DNA from: Octopus bimaculoides
Lineage: Eukaryota
DNA: 52,750 nucleotides
NCBI RefSeq assembly: GCF_001194135.2
Contig: NC_068989.1
Span: forward strand, 5,205,240 to 5,257,989
Direction of reading: 5' to 3'
Of this stretch, positions 12,416-25,270 are shown piece by piece; the stretch's first letter is position 1; each line of letters starts with the position of its first letter. The position numbers and the translations under genes are program-made. The notes below the pieces were generated by a model, which saw only the letters and a list, made by a program, of their open reading frames with translations, had not been told where the DNA came from and made no database searches.

Positions 12416-12418
12416 AAC

Positions 12419-13039
12419 GGAGTGGCTGTGTGGTAAGTAGCTTGCTCACCAACCACACGGTTCCGGGTTCAGTCCCACTGCGTGGCACCTTGGGCAAGTG
12501 TCTTCTACTATAGCCTCGGGCCGACCAAAGCCTTGTGAGGGGATTTGGTAGACGGAAACTGAAAGAAGCTCGTCGTATANNNNNNNNNNNNNNNNNNNNN
12601 NNNNNNNNNNNNNNNNNNNNNNNNNNNNNNNNNNNNNNNNNNNNNNNNNNNNNNNNNNNNNNNNNNNNNNNNNNNNNNNNNNNNNNNNNNNNNNNNNNNN
12701 NNNNNNNNNNNNNNNNNNNNNNNNNNNNNNNNNNNNNNNNNNNNNNNNNNNNNNNNNNNNNNNNNNNNNNNNNNNNNNNNNNNNNNNNNNNNNNNNNNNN
12801 NNNNNNNNNNNNNNNNNNNNNNNNNNNNNNNNNNNNNNNNNNNNNNNNNNNNNNNNNNNNNNNNNNNNNNNNNNNNNNNNNNNNNNNNNNNNNNNNNNNN
12901 NNNNNNNNNNNNNNNNNNNNNNNNNNNNNNNNNNNNNNNNNNNNNNNNNNNNNNNNNNNNNNNNNNNNNNNNNNNNNNNNNNNNNNNNNNNNNNNNNNNN
13001 NNNNNNNNNNNNNNNNNNNNNNNNNNNNNNNNNNNNNNN

Positions 13040-13083
<44 letters not shown>

Positions 13084-13197
13084 CGTGTCTATGTTTGTCC
13101 CTCCAACATCGCTTGACAACCGATGCTGGTGTGTTTACGTCCCCGCAACTTAGCGGTTCGGCAAAAGAGAGTCCGATAGAATAAGTACTAGGCTTAG
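12419..13197 (+). mobile_element. SINE family A, near full length, internal microsatellite lost in gap
   Basis: GGAGTGGCTGTGTGGTAAG A-box, GGGTTCAGTCCC B-box, CACCTTGGGCAAGTGTC, GGTAGACGGAAACTG, gap and (GT)n, then CATCGCTTGACAACCGATGCTGGTGTGTTTACGTCCCCG...GATAGAATAAGTAC. Confidence 0.9.
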
Positions 13198-13597
13198 TTT
13201 CATTTCGAGTTTGCTATCAATGTATCTACCATTTGTTCCGTTTATAAAGTGCGTGCAAATGATTCATTTATAACTGATTCAATTATCACTGATTCGTTTA
13301 ACACTGTTACTTTGGAACTAAACTCCGTGATAAACGAGGATTGGTATATAATACGTAACTTCTACATTTATGCTTTCCCTGGCTTCATTGTTTTTAATTT
13401 CTTTCGTTCCTTCTTAGTTACTCTTGACATGCGTATAATTATGAATAACTTAAAATATTTATTTCACGCTCGACTGATTTCCATAGGAAAGAAACATATA
13501 TTCGTTTCATTAGTTTATTTTAAGGAAATATTATACACACTGAAACGGGTTATTTACGTAGATCAGGGTCTTCATTTTTTTTTACGAATACATAAAA

Positions 13598-13643
<46 letters not shown>

Positions 13644-14021
13644 CGTTTCTGCTCGCACGTGTATGCATATGTGTATGCGAGTGTATATGCGTGTGTGTGT
13701 GTGTGTGTGTGTCTGTGTTTGTGTGTGTGCGTGTGTGTGGACGTGTATGTATATGTGAGTGTGATGTACACACACGAAGACGTATATTTATCACAGCATG
13801 CTGCACCACAGCCTCTTTTGTTCACTTATCCTCCATGCAGCCAATTCACGCGCGCGCACACTCACTCACACGCATGCACACATGCACACACATATACATG
13901 CATACATACGTACATACATAGTTCATACATATATATATATATATATATGTGTATGTACATGTGTGTGCATACATACATTAATACGAATGCATGTATTTCG
14001 AACTTTTTGTACTCTCTTCAG

Positions 14022-14168
14022 TACCAGATACGAAGTGGGACAACTCTCAGCTGACAAGAAGACTTAACTTCTTTATAAGAAAGAAATCAGCAAAAACTAT
14101 CTACTTACTGTGCGCTTCGGCCACCAGCCCGGAACAAAAAATATATATGTGGCTTGCGAAGAAGCGGT
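14022..14168 (+). CDS. Candidate internal exon, phase 1-1: PDTKWDNSQLTRRLNFFIRKKSAKTIYLLCASATSPEQKIYMWLAKKR (unassigned)
   Basis: Strong acceptor ACTTTTTGTACTCTCTTCAG, donor T|GTAAGA, 147 bp (multiple of 3). Only one of three frames is open. Confidence 0.35.
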
Positions 14169-15224
14169 GTAAGATATACAGACTTGAGATCAGTTCATGT
14201 ATATCTGAGACATATTTGACTTGAAAAAAAAAAAAAAAGAAGCAATTTCACGGAGTTTAACCATGGAAAAAATTCTCGTTTTAAGCAAAAGGTGTAAATA
14301 TACTAAAGTCAATTACGAGCTCCTTCAACGGACTCGTAGATCGAGTTTTTTGTGGTGCGTTTAATAGAATGTCCGTCAGTCCATGGTAAGTACAAGTCAT
14401 ATACAAATGGATAGTTTTTGTGCCTGTTTTTACATTAGTGCAGAAGAGTTTATTAGACGATATCAATTCTTCGTTATTTGGCTTATTAACATTTTCTGGA
14501 TAAGTTCACCTTAAAACATTACCATGTTTGACCGCCAGAAAAAGTCTCTTAAAATGTACAAAAGATCATAAGTAATGGTGAAACCAGAGTAACCCCCCCC
14601 CCAGCTAAATACAGGCGATAAGAAGGCTTGGCCTTAGAAGCGAGAGAGCGACAGAGAGAGAAAAGAAAGAGAGAGAGAGAGAGTGAGAGGAAGAAAAAAT
14701 AAGAAAGAGAGAGAGAATACGAAACCTTTTTACAACAAAACCATACATTTAAGTAAACTTAACCATAAATACACTTTAAAAATCCATCTAACATCCTTAA
14801 TCGATGAGTAAAAGTAGCCAAGAGAAAATAACCAGGAAGCACAGACAGGACTGATGAAGGTGAATGATCTGTCTGCACACGTACATACAATTAGCGAGAA
14901 AGGTTTAGTGGATTACCTGAGGGCAGCTCAAAGAACACGAGAAAATGGTGACACAAATCTACTTTAATCTAATTTTATTTCGTGTTTGATATAAAAATAA
15001 ACACGAAAATGTCTGTAAAAAACATTACCTATAATTAACCGATTTCATTTCTATTTCTCATGTAACCTCTAGTAACCTCTTGCGGAGCCCTAGAGTTTTA
15101 AGAAACCCCGTTTGGGAAACACTGTGGAAAAGAGTAATATGAAGGAGATTTGGTTGTTACTCTCAGCAGGTCGAGAGACCGCGCAGGAATATTCATTATT
15201 GTTGTTTAGCCAATGGCCAGTCTT

Positions 15225-15295
15225 AATCAGACAAACCATCCAACCCATGCCAGCAAGGAAATCGGATGTTAAATGGCGATGACGATGATGACAGC
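15225..15295 (+). mobile_element. RTE-type 3' end fragment
   Basis: CCAACCCATGCCAGCAAGGAAATCGGATGTTAAATGGCGATGACGATG, same family as 26286-26550. Confidence 0.65.
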
Positions 15296-15656
15296 CAGAA
15301 CGCCAGCAAGTTTTCATATATGAAAAAGGAGTATATCAAAAAGGGATACAAGGCCTGTGTGTGTTTATGAACCTCAGCATGTTTTTAGACAATCGCTTTT
15401 TTCTTCTTCTCCCAATAATCGCTGTTTGAGATATCTAGTAAAAAACCCCAAACAACAAACACAAAAGACTATGCCGTTACAGAGGTCAACAGCCTGTCTA
15501 TGTGAACGATAACTGTCAAAATAATCGACATCAAGACTATTTACAGAGAATTGATTTGAAACCTAGAGCTTCTTTACTCAGGATATAAATGTGAATTTAC
15601 AAAGATATAAATTCACTTTTATATCTTTGTTGGTGTACTTAGTTTGCAAATGGTTG

Positions 15657-15815
15657 CAGGCGCAAGTATGGCCGGGTGGTTAAGAAACTCGCTTTGCGAC
15701 CACGTGGTATCTGGTTCAACGCGTCACTTTGAGCAAGTGTCTTTTATTACAACCTCGAGCCAACCTCTGTCTTGTGAGAGAATGTGGTAGACGGAAACTG
15801 TGGGGAATCCCGTCA
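15657..15815 (+). mobile_element. SINE family A, 5' half
   Basis: AGGCGCAAGTATGGCCGGGTGGTTAAG head...GGTAGACGGAAACTG, then AT-rich microsatellite. Confidence 0.8.
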
Positions 15816-15879
15816 TGTACATATATATGCGTATGTACATATATATGCGTATGCATATATATATATATATATATATATA

Positions 15880-16040
15880 GTTCCAATTTACAGAAAACAA
15901 AAGACGAAGACAGGTGTAGGAACAACAAGCAGGTGTATTAGTTTAACGCTCGGGAAAAATGGAAAAGTATTTTACGTTTCGAGCCTACGCTCTTCGACAG
16001 AAAGGATTAAGAGGGGGGAAAATGAAGAGACAATGAAAAA
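15880..16040 (-). mobile_element. Dispersed non-coding repeat with hammerhead-like motif, copy 3, abutting (TA)n
   Basis: Reverse complement CTTTCTGTCGAAGAGCGTAGGCTCGAAACGTAAAATAC...GAGCGTTAAACTAATACACC...AAATTGGAACTATATA. Confidence 0.75.
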
Positions 16041-16129
16041 AAAAAAAGAAAAAAAAAACAGACAGAAAAAAATGTGTCAGGATTAACGGTTCAACATGAT
16101 GAAATAGCCAGAAGAAAGAGGCTGAATGA

Positions 16130-16167
<38 letters not shown>

Positions 16168-16340
16168 NNNNNNNNNNNNNNNNNNNNNNNNNNNNNNNNN
16201 NNNNNNNNNNNNNNNNNNNNNNNNNNNNNNNNNNNNNNNNNNNNNNNNNNNNNNNNNNNNNNNNNNNNNNNNNNNNNNNNNNNNNNNNNNNNNNNNNNNN
16301 NNNNNNNNNNNNNNNNNNNNNNNNNNNNNNNNNNNNNNNN

Positions 16341-16411
<71 letters not shown>

Positions 16412-16799
16412 ATACACAATATATGTATGTATATACATAATCCTGAATATCTTCACGTATATATCATATAAGCACACTGTCTCTACCTACACATTGTATA
16501 CTTACACACACACAGACATAAATCCTTCGCAGTTCCTTTGACCAAAAAGCAACAATCCTACCACCTCCTTCACCCTCAGCGAGTAGCGTCAACTTTAACT
16601 GCACAGCTGCAATCAAAGCAACCACGAGAGCAGCAATGACAGAAACTGCAGCAGTAGCAGCAGCAGTAGTAATAGAAGCCACAATACATAACCAAGTGTT
16701 CGATAAGAACTGACCGAAGCCACGCAAGAATCGCCCAGCCAACTAGCCATCCAACTGGCCAATCAAATAATCAGCGTATGAGACACCCTACGGGGGTTC

Positions 16800-17040
16800 A
16801 GCGAGTGGCTAGAAATAGCAGCCAAAACTATCTGCAATCACATTCTATTGTTTTAAGGAAAATGAAAATCATTATTGTTCGATGTAGTTCGGGATGAAAA
16901 GAAACGAAAACAGGAAAACATGGCTGGAATGCATTTTCATCACGAGTCTACTCAGACAGGGTTAACCTGGGGGGCTAAACAACAACAGCATGAACATCAG
17001 CAACAACAACAACAACAGCATCATAGCAGCAGCAATAACA
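16800..17040 (+). mobile_element. Family C retroposon with (AAC)/(CAG) tail
   Basis: GCTAGAAATAGCAGCCAAA...CATGGCTGGAATGC...ACCTGGGGGGCTAAACAACAACAGC. Confidence 0.7.
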
Positions 17041-17270
17041 GCGGCAGCAGCAGCAGCGAAATTTAGAAAATATAACCCCCCCCCCACAAAAAAAAAGAAG
17101 TTACTGATAAAGAGCGCGAGTGAGAGATTTTAAGCGGTCACTGGAATTCCTAGAAATAGCTGCTTTGCCTAGATTAAATCTCATAAAAACGGAAGGACTT
17201 AGATTATATAGTCCTGGAGACCTAAATCTGAAATGTCTCTCCCAAGGATAGACAGACCATTGGTCTAGAA

Positions 17271-17329
<59 letters not shown>

Positions 17330-17875
17330 CGCTGCTGCCGCTGCTGCCGCTGCTGCCGCTACCAAAACTTCACTCCTAAGGTATTTTACACTGAACCCTA
17401 AATCATGGCCCCTCTTTCACCAAACTATATTTCGTTAGCTACACGTTTTCAATTGTTTAAATTACAGAAATCTAAAAAAAAAAAAAAAAAAAAAAAAATA
17501 ACAAACAAATAAAATGTAAAGAAAATGAAAACAGATAAAGTTTGGGCGTTTGTGCTTATTCCGAAACGTCTCCCCAGCTCTTTTTTTAACATTTTGTTAT
17601 GAGCATTTTTTATTATTTTTCTTGAACGCTAGGACTCATAAAGCCGGTTTTATCGACCAACATATACCGATTTGCCTTTTTAAAAATCTTTTCAGCTAAT
17701 TCTTAGCATTCTTCCATGTAGAGCTATTTTTTGATGTTCATAAGCCCGGATGCTATACATAAGAAATGGGCCCCTACCCCAATCGGAAAATGATGAAATC
17801 GGCTCCTCACTCCTAGAGTTTATAAACCTTTAAGCCTGTGGGGCCCTAGTGCTGCTTTACCAATAGCACCTAATG

Positions 17876-18107
17876 GAGGCACGTGGCTTTGTGGTTAGAG
17901 TGTCGAACTCATGTGGTTTCGATTCCTGGATTGGGCGACGCGTTGTGTTCTTGAGCAAAACCCTTCATTTCACGTTGCTCTAGTCTACTCTGCTGGCAAA
18001 AGTGAGCAACCCTGCGACAGACTGGCATCCCATCCAGGTGGGGAATACATACACCATGAAACCGGGAAACCGGCCCTTATGAGTCAGCATGACTCGAAAA
18101 GGTAACC
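17876..18107 (+). mobile_element. SINE family D
   Basis: GTGGCTTTGTGGTTAG A-box, GTTTCGATTCC B-box, TTCTTGAGCAAAACCCTTCATTTCACGTTGCTCTAG, then CCCTGCGACAGACTGGCATCCCATCCAGG. Confidence 0.85.
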
Positions 18108-18209
18108 TTTACTTTTACTTTACCGTAATAGCACCTACCTTTAAACGGCACTGCTTCCATAGAACCAAAATTGGAAAGATTCAGTTTCTTTCCGATAGTT
18201 TTCTTTTTC

Positions 18210-18390
18210 AGAATCCAGCAGAATCGTCAGCACGTCGGACAAAATACTTGAAAGAATTTCTTCCGGCTGCTCTGAATTCAAATCCTGCAGAGATTAACTT
18301 TGCATTTCATCCTATCGGTGTGAATAAAGCAAAGAACCAGTAAAGTACTGGGTCGATATAATCGCCAGGTCCCCTCCCCTCAAAATTGCT
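18210..18390 (+). mobile_element. SINE family B, degenerate
   Basis: GCAGAATCGTCAGCACG...GAATTCAAATCCTGC...TTTCATCC...AAGTACTGGGTCGAT. Confidence 0.65.
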
Positions 18391-19589
18391 TGCGTTGAGC
18401 CTTATGACAACTGGTTTTCTGTTCAGTGGAAATGTTGCAGCTCCAGCAGCGACGGTGGAGTTTGGTGGATCTAGATTTCTCTATCTTTGCGCGTCATCAG
18501 TAGCAAGAATAGACTATGTACGTACACACACATAAACACGTGTGTGTGTGTGTATATATGAATAANNNNNNNNNNNNNNNNNNNNNNNNNNNNNNNNNNN
18601 NNNNNNNNNNNNNNNNNNNNNNNNNNNNNNNNNNNNNNNNNNNNNNNNNNNNNNNNNNNNNNNNNNNNNNNNNNNNNNNNNNNNNNNNNNNNNNNNNNNN
18701 NNNNNNNNNNNNNATGTATGTATGTATGTATGTAATTGAATTGAACAAATTTAGATTAGCTAATTTTAAAATATCGAGTTATGTTGTGCTGAAGAGTCCA
18801 GAAAGAGGACGAAAAAATGCTATCCACGGCTACCAGAGACTTTAAAGACATTATCTTATGAAAAAATGAAATAATTATATGGAAATGCATGTATTCGCTT
18901 TTGTAATAAAAGTAAATGTAATAAAAGTAAACATAGAAGCGATTCTCTCCCCTAAAGTAGCACGCTCTCCTCTTACGTAGCAATTTCCTGTAATTCCATC
19001 AAGTATGTGTGTGTGTGTGTGTGTATGTATATATGCATATGTATATATGTATATATACACACATACATAAGTACATATATACATACATACACATATACTT
19101 ACACATACACGCACATATATTACTCAGGATGAAAGAGACACTAGCTTTGTTTAGCCGAAAGTTCTAATATCCTTTATAGATGTAAGTGCTCTAATAACCT
19201 ACTAAATTCTAGATCTGAAGTTTTTATTAAATAAAGTTATGGATTTGTTTGTTCTCATTGCATTGGAAAACAGCAACCTCTCCGGATTAAACATGCAGTC
19301 TCACAAACTTTGACCCCCTTCACGTTAAATTAATTTACATCAACCATACAAATTGTGATATTCAAAGGAGACGAAGGGACGTAACTCGTTATTTTTGTTT
19401 CACTTTTTTCTTTGACCTTCATTTGGATCTCTCTGTGATTTTTTTCTTTCAAATATCAGCGTCCTTTCTCTTTGTATATTTGAGCCTGAAAGATTGCTTG
19501 GAGACGCACAACACGCTATACAAGCTTATCCTACCATCGTGTTTTCATAGCATGAAACTAACAGTAAGTCGAATAAAGCATACATACAA

Positions 19590-19658
<69 letters not shown>

Positions 19659-20156
19659 NNNNNNNNNNNNNNNNNNNNNNNNNNNNNNNNNNNNNNNNNN
19701 NNNNNNNNNNNNNNNNNNNNNNNNNNNNNNNNNNNNNNNNNNNNNNNNNNNNNNNNNNNNNNNNNNNNNNNNNNNNNNNNNNNNNNNNNNNNNNNNNNNN
19801 NNNNNNNNNNNNNNNNNNNNNNNNNNNNNNNNNNNNNNNNNNNNNNNNNNNNNNNNNNNNNNNNNNNNNNNNNNNNNNNNNNNNNNNNNNNNNNNNNNNN
19901 NNNNNNNNNNNNNNNNNNNNNNNNNNNNNNNNNNNNNNNNNNNNNNNNNNNNNNNNNNNNNNNNNNNNNNNNNNNNNNNNNNNNNNNNNNNNNNNNNNNN
20001 NNNNNNNNNNNNNNNNNNNNNNNNNNNNNNNNNNNNNNNNNNNNNNNNNNNNNNNNNNNNNNNNNNNNNNNNNNNNNNNNNNNNNNNNNNNNNNNNNNNN
20101 NNNNNNNNNNNNNNNNNNNNNNNNTTTGCCGAACCGCTACGTTACGGGGGCATAAA

Positions 20157-20220
20157 CACGTTTCGAGCCTACGCTCTTCAACAGAAAGAAATAAGAGAAA
20201 ATAAACAGAGAATGAAAAAA
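20157..20220 (-). mobile_element. Dispersed non-coding repeat with hammerhead-like motif, copy 4, 3'-truncated and joined to SINE A body
   Basis: Reverse complement TTCTTTCTGTTGAAGAGCGTAGGCTCGAAACGT joined to GTTTATGCCCCCGTAACGTAGCGGTTCGGCAAA. Confidence 0.7.
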
Positions 20221-20250
20221 ACTTGTAGATTTCAGCGGTCCAGCATGGCG

Positions 20251-20281
<31 letters not shown>

Positions 20282-20329
20282 TGTATGTATGTATGTATGT
20301 ATGTATATGTGCGTGGTGTGTCGTGTGTG

Positions 20330-20605
20330 ATCGCTTTTGTGTCAGTGTTTGTCCTCAATGCCAGTTGACAGCCGGTTTTGGTGCGTTTACGTCCCCGTAA
20401 CTTATCGGTTCACCAACGGAAACCGATAGATTAAATACCAGGCTTTAAAAAAATTAGAATAAGTGCTGGGTCGATTTATTCGACTAAAAATACTTCAAAG
20501 CGGTGTCCCATCATGGTCGCAGTCAAAGCGGTGCCCCAGCGTGGCTGCAGTCGAAGCGGTGCCCCAGCATGGCCGCTGACTGTAACAAGTAAAAAATAAA
20601 TAAAA
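20330..20605 (+). mobile_element. SINE family A, 3' half with triplicated 28-bp tail unit
   Basis: TTGACAGCCGG...TTTACGTCCCCGTAAC...GGGTCGATTTATTCGACTAA, then 3 x TCAAAGCGGTGCCCCAGCATGGCCGCAG. Confidence 0.85.
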
Positions 20606-21009
20606 AAAACACAGCATATACATACATTAATTTGTTGTCTGCTATTCTAATATTTTTTCGTGATTCTGTAAAATGTGGGAAGAAAACTTGTGAGAAAATC
20701 TCTAAATGAACAAATGACACTAAGCTTCGTAGCTCCATGAGGTTCAGAGAATAGCAAATCTCAGCTTGTTATGAAAAGGACGACTAATGGGAATGCTTAG
20801 AGCGCTACTTGCATGAAGGATGCACACAGAGGAGAAGTAGGAGGGTCAGCTTGACTTTGCTCTTACCCCGAACCTCGCTTTCGATCTTTCGACAGCTTTC
20901 ATCGTCTTCGCTGTCTTCCCCACGTCCGCCAGCCTCATGTCTGCCTCTTTTTGTTTCTAATATCGCCATCACCCACTATACCTTCCTTCTTTCTTTCTGT
21001 CTCTGTGTC

Positions 21010-21106
21010 TGTATTTCTTTCTTTCCTTTCTTTCTTTCCTTTCTTTCTTTCTCTCCTTTATTTCTTTCTTTCTTTCTTTCTTTCTTTCATTCTTTCTTTC
21101 TTTCCT

Positions 21107-21174
<68 letters not shown>

Positions 21175-21175
21175 T
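21010..21175. repeat. (TTTC)n microsatellite
   Basis: Direct reading. Confidence 0.9.
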
Positions 21176-21398
21176 GCACGAGCTAGCACATCACAAACAC
21201 GAATATATATNNNNNNNNNNNNNNNNNNNNNNNNNNNNNNNNNNNNNNNNNNNNNNNNNNNNNNNNNNNNNNNNNNNNNNNNNNNNNNNNNNNNNNNNNN
21301 NNNNNNNNNNNNNNNNNNNNNNNNNNNNNNNNNNNNNNNNNNNNNNNNNNNNNNNNNNNNNNNNNNNNNNNNNNNNNNNNNNNTCTATCTATATATAT

Positions 21399-21455
<57 letters not shown>

Positions 21456-21759
21456 CACACAACCACAAACATATAACCACACACACACACACACACACAC
21501 ATAATGAAGCTCACCTATTTGCTTTGCTCTCTTCCGAGTTTACAAATGTTTCTCTGTAACAATCCTTCCCCTCCCCTCAGACTCTCACTCACCCGTTCCC
21601 ACTGCATAATTTCTGTCAATCTTTCTTTCTCCTCCTTCCTCTCTCTCTATCACTCGTCAGCTTCCCTTACTCTTTTATCGCTCCCGACTTCTCTTTACTT
21701 TCTAGATGAACCCTACTTTCACTTTCGTAGACTTTTTAAAATTTGCTGTTTCATGTGGG

Positions 21760-21850
21760 TCTTCTTCTTCTTCTTCTTCTTCTTCTTCTTCTTCTTCTTC
21801 TTCTTCTTCTTCTTCTTCTTCTTCTTCTTCTTCTTCTTCTTCTTCTTCTT
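21760..21850. repeat. (TTC)n microsatellite
   Basis: Direct reading. Confidence 0.95.
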
Positions 21851-21864
21851 CGTCTTCTATTTAA

Positions 21865-22164
21865 TTGACTTATTTTGGTTGTACAACAGAGCAATTAAAC
21901 AAGAGACTTAATGGGCACAGATATGACGTCAGGCACAATAGCAGTAGTTCGACAGAATTTGCCGAACATCTTGCCTCAAACAGTTGCAATTTTGAAAAAA
22001 ACTTGAAAGTGCACATTCTCAGAAAATATTCTGAATCTGCTACACTTTCACGACTCAAAATGCACGAGGAGTAATATGTTTGTGGGTTATTAACATCATG
22101 CCTTGGAGGAATGAATAAAATGACAGGAGAATTTCATCAAATTTATAGAAAACCGTTTGATTAA
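21865..22164 (+). pseudogene. Penelope-like element GIY-YIG endonuclease fragment
   Basis: YFGCTTEQLNKRLNGHRYDV...EFAEHL...LKVHIL...LKMHEE*YVCGLLTSCLGGMN matches the PLE pattern YIGxT...LxxRxxxHR...VAxH...V.IL...E.YWI..L.T..P.GLN. One internal stop. Confidence 0.8.
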
Positions 22165-22395
22165 ATATTTTTCTTTTTCCTTTTCTTTTTTCTCCTTTTT
22201 TTTCTCTTTTTCTTTTTCTTCTCTTTTTCTTTCTCTTCCTTTTTGCCAGTTGTAAAACTGAACTTTGAAACTGGTTGCTCTCGTTCATACTTTGGACTTG
22301 AATTTCTATAATTTTGAATTTTTATTACTTCTCATTTTGAACTCGACAAAGACAGGCTATTGCATTCGCATCTCTCTCTCTCTCTTTGTATTGTC

Positions 22396-22396
<1 letters not shown>

Positions 22397-22476
<80 letters not shown>
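22397..22476. repeat. (TTA)n microsatellite
   Basis: Direct reading. Confidence 0.95.
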
Positions 22477-22477
<1 letters not shown>

Positions 22478-23180
22478 GTTGTTGTTATTTATTAAATAAT
22501 ATTATCGATATAATTCATTGGAAATGTTGCTGACTTGATTATTTATCCCATTTTCACTCACCCCCTCTCTCTCTTTACACACACATATACATATATGTAT
22601 GCACATACGAACACACACACACACATACATACACACAACACACACATATGTATGTAAATATATGTATGTATGTATGCACATATATATATATGACAGTTCT
22701 CGAACTATCTTTCACTTGTTCGTCTTACCTTCTATCTATCTAATCCTTCACTAAATGCCACTGTGCCATTCCATCCACAATTAATTTTCTGATATTTTAG
22801 GCTTACCTATTTATTTACATTGCATAAAAATTTTCGGCAAGACTCGCCTACTTTGACTTTCACTTTCACATTCAATGTTCAACTATTATTGATCACATCA
22901 CTCCTTCCCCATACTAGCTTTAAAAAATTATTTTGCTAATACCTTTTCTCCACTCTTTCATCTATCTGCCTCTCACTCTTTCGATTGCTGTTACCTCTCC
23001 CTATCCAGTCACAGTTTCTCCAATCACTGTTAATCTTTCTTTCTCCTTCTTATCCCCCTCACTCACTGTCCCGTCCCTCTCATTACTCTGATTTTATCAA
23101 TATAACAAACAAACGTACACATAAACTACCAACGGCTGATAATGAATTTCATAATATACATAAATCTGGTACACATATGA

Positions 23181-23243
<63 letters not shown>

Positions 23244-23504
23244 GCATATGTGTGTGTGTATGTGTGTGTGTACGCGTGTCTATGCATATATGTATATATG
23301 TTTATATCAATATATATGTATTCATATAAATATGTATTATCTACGTGAAGACATGTATTTTGTATGTAATCGTATGTATATGTTTCTGTTAATCTCTGTT
23401 AATCCCTCCCCTAATCCTCTCTACACTAACGCACATACGCACACAAATATATGCGCATACATACATTTATGTATGTGTGTATGTATGTATGTATGTATGT
23501 GTGT

Positions 23505-23509
23505 GTGTC

Positions 23510-23548
<39 letters not shown>

Positions 23549-23559
23549 GTATATGTATT

Positions 23560-23596
<37 letters not shown>

Positions 23597-23612
23597 ACGT
23601 ATGTGTATATAT

Positions 23613-23678
<66 letters not shown>

Positions 23679-23770
23679 AAATAGATAGATAAATGGATGG
23701 ATAGACAGACAGACAGATAGATAGATAGACAGATAGAGCGAAAGAGAGAGAGCGAGAGAGAACGCAGGAG

Positions 23771-23864
<94 letters not shown>

Positions 23865-23962
23865 TGAAAGAGGGAGACAGAGAAAGAGAGAGAGAGAGAG
23901 CGAAAGGGTGGGAGAGAGAGAGAGAGAGAGCGAAAGGGTGGGAGAGAGAGAGAGAGAGAGGA
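23505..23962. repeat. Compound microsatellite (TCTA)/(GT)/(AT)/(AG)
   Basis: Direct reading. Confidence 0.9.
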
Positions 23963-24205
23963 AATGGTAAACAGACTGCAGTATTTCAAAATATGCGTAT
24001 ATGGGCAATAGGCTTATTGCTGGCCCCTGTTATACGCATCTGCATATACATACATACAAACACATGGATGTAACTGCAGACATACACATATACACGTTTT
24101 CGCATCTGCATATAAATATATTTATATGGTCGTATTTGTATACACACATATACACACATCCCCATACGTACAATGACAAACTGTTTCGAGAAAAAAGTGT
24201 GTTCA

Positions 24206-24248
<43 letters not shown>

Positions 24249-24919
24249 ACGTGCGTGTGGAGAATGTTATTTGTATGTGTGTTTGTATATCGAGATAAAT
24301 GATATTTGTAAAACCAGTCAAGTAAGAAATTCAAAATCTATTTGATACTGAAGATATCATTATAGACAGACGGAGATCGATACGTACATACATACATACA
24401 TACATACATACATGCATACCTACATACATACATGCATACATACATACATTTACATGTGTTTATATGCGCATATGTATGTGTGTATATGTTTGTATGTAAG
24501 TATATATATACATATATGTATATATGTGTGTGTATGCCTACATGTTTGTGTAGATGTATGTGTATATATATGTGCATGTACACATGTGTATTTTGTATAT
24601 ACAAGTGTTTGTCTTTGTGCGTGTGTATGAATGCGTATATGTGTGAATGTGTGTGTATATATATATATATATATATACTCACGCAGTTGCTGTCATATAT
24701 ATATNNNNNNNNNNNNNNNNNNNNNNNNNNNNNNNNNNNNNNNNNNNNNNNNNNNNNNNNNNNNNNNNNNNNNNNNNNNNNNNNNNNNNNNNNNNNNNNN
24801 NNNNNNNNNNNNNNNNNNNNNNNNNNNNNNNNNNNNNNNNNNNNNNNNNNNNNNNNNNNNNNNNNNNNNNNNNNNNNNNNNNNNNNNNNNNNNNNNNNNN
24901 NNNNNNNNNNNNNNNNNNN

Positions 24920-24952
<33 letters not shown>

Positions 24953-25229
24953 CAGCAACTGCGTGAGTTAGATAAATAGGATAGAGAAATTGTTGTGTAT
25001 ATATAGTGACAAAAAGAAAAAGAAAACGAAAAAGAAAAGCAAGACCTGGAAAGAAGAAGAAGAGAAAGAAAGAGAATAAGGAACAGGTGAGCAACAGCAA
25101 GAACAAGAACAAGAACAAGAAGAAAAATAACTGTATTTAGCAAGAATAAAGCCACAAACTTGTATCTTACCTTCGTTTCTGTGGAAGAGAACCAGAAGGC
25201 TAAGCAAACTGAATTCGTCGAGGATTATT

Positions 25230-25270
<41 letters not shown>

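Noticed and set aside
14022-14168. Resemblance of the candidate exon peptide to natriuretic-receptor or core-1 galactosyltransferase segments
   Set aside because: Only a few residues match and the spacing is inconsistent; no gene name assigned.
18468-18500. Minus-strand CTGATGA...GAAA-TCTAGA-TC hammerhead-like string
   Set aside because: Helix III is palindromic, but neither stem I nor stem II pairs. The overlapping + strand exon candidate (18427-18517) has only modest splice sites.
24677-24968. Perfect inverted repeat flanking a gap
   Set aside because: Arms are identical and join through (AT)n at both gap edges, typical of an assembly strand flip. Long reads would settle it.
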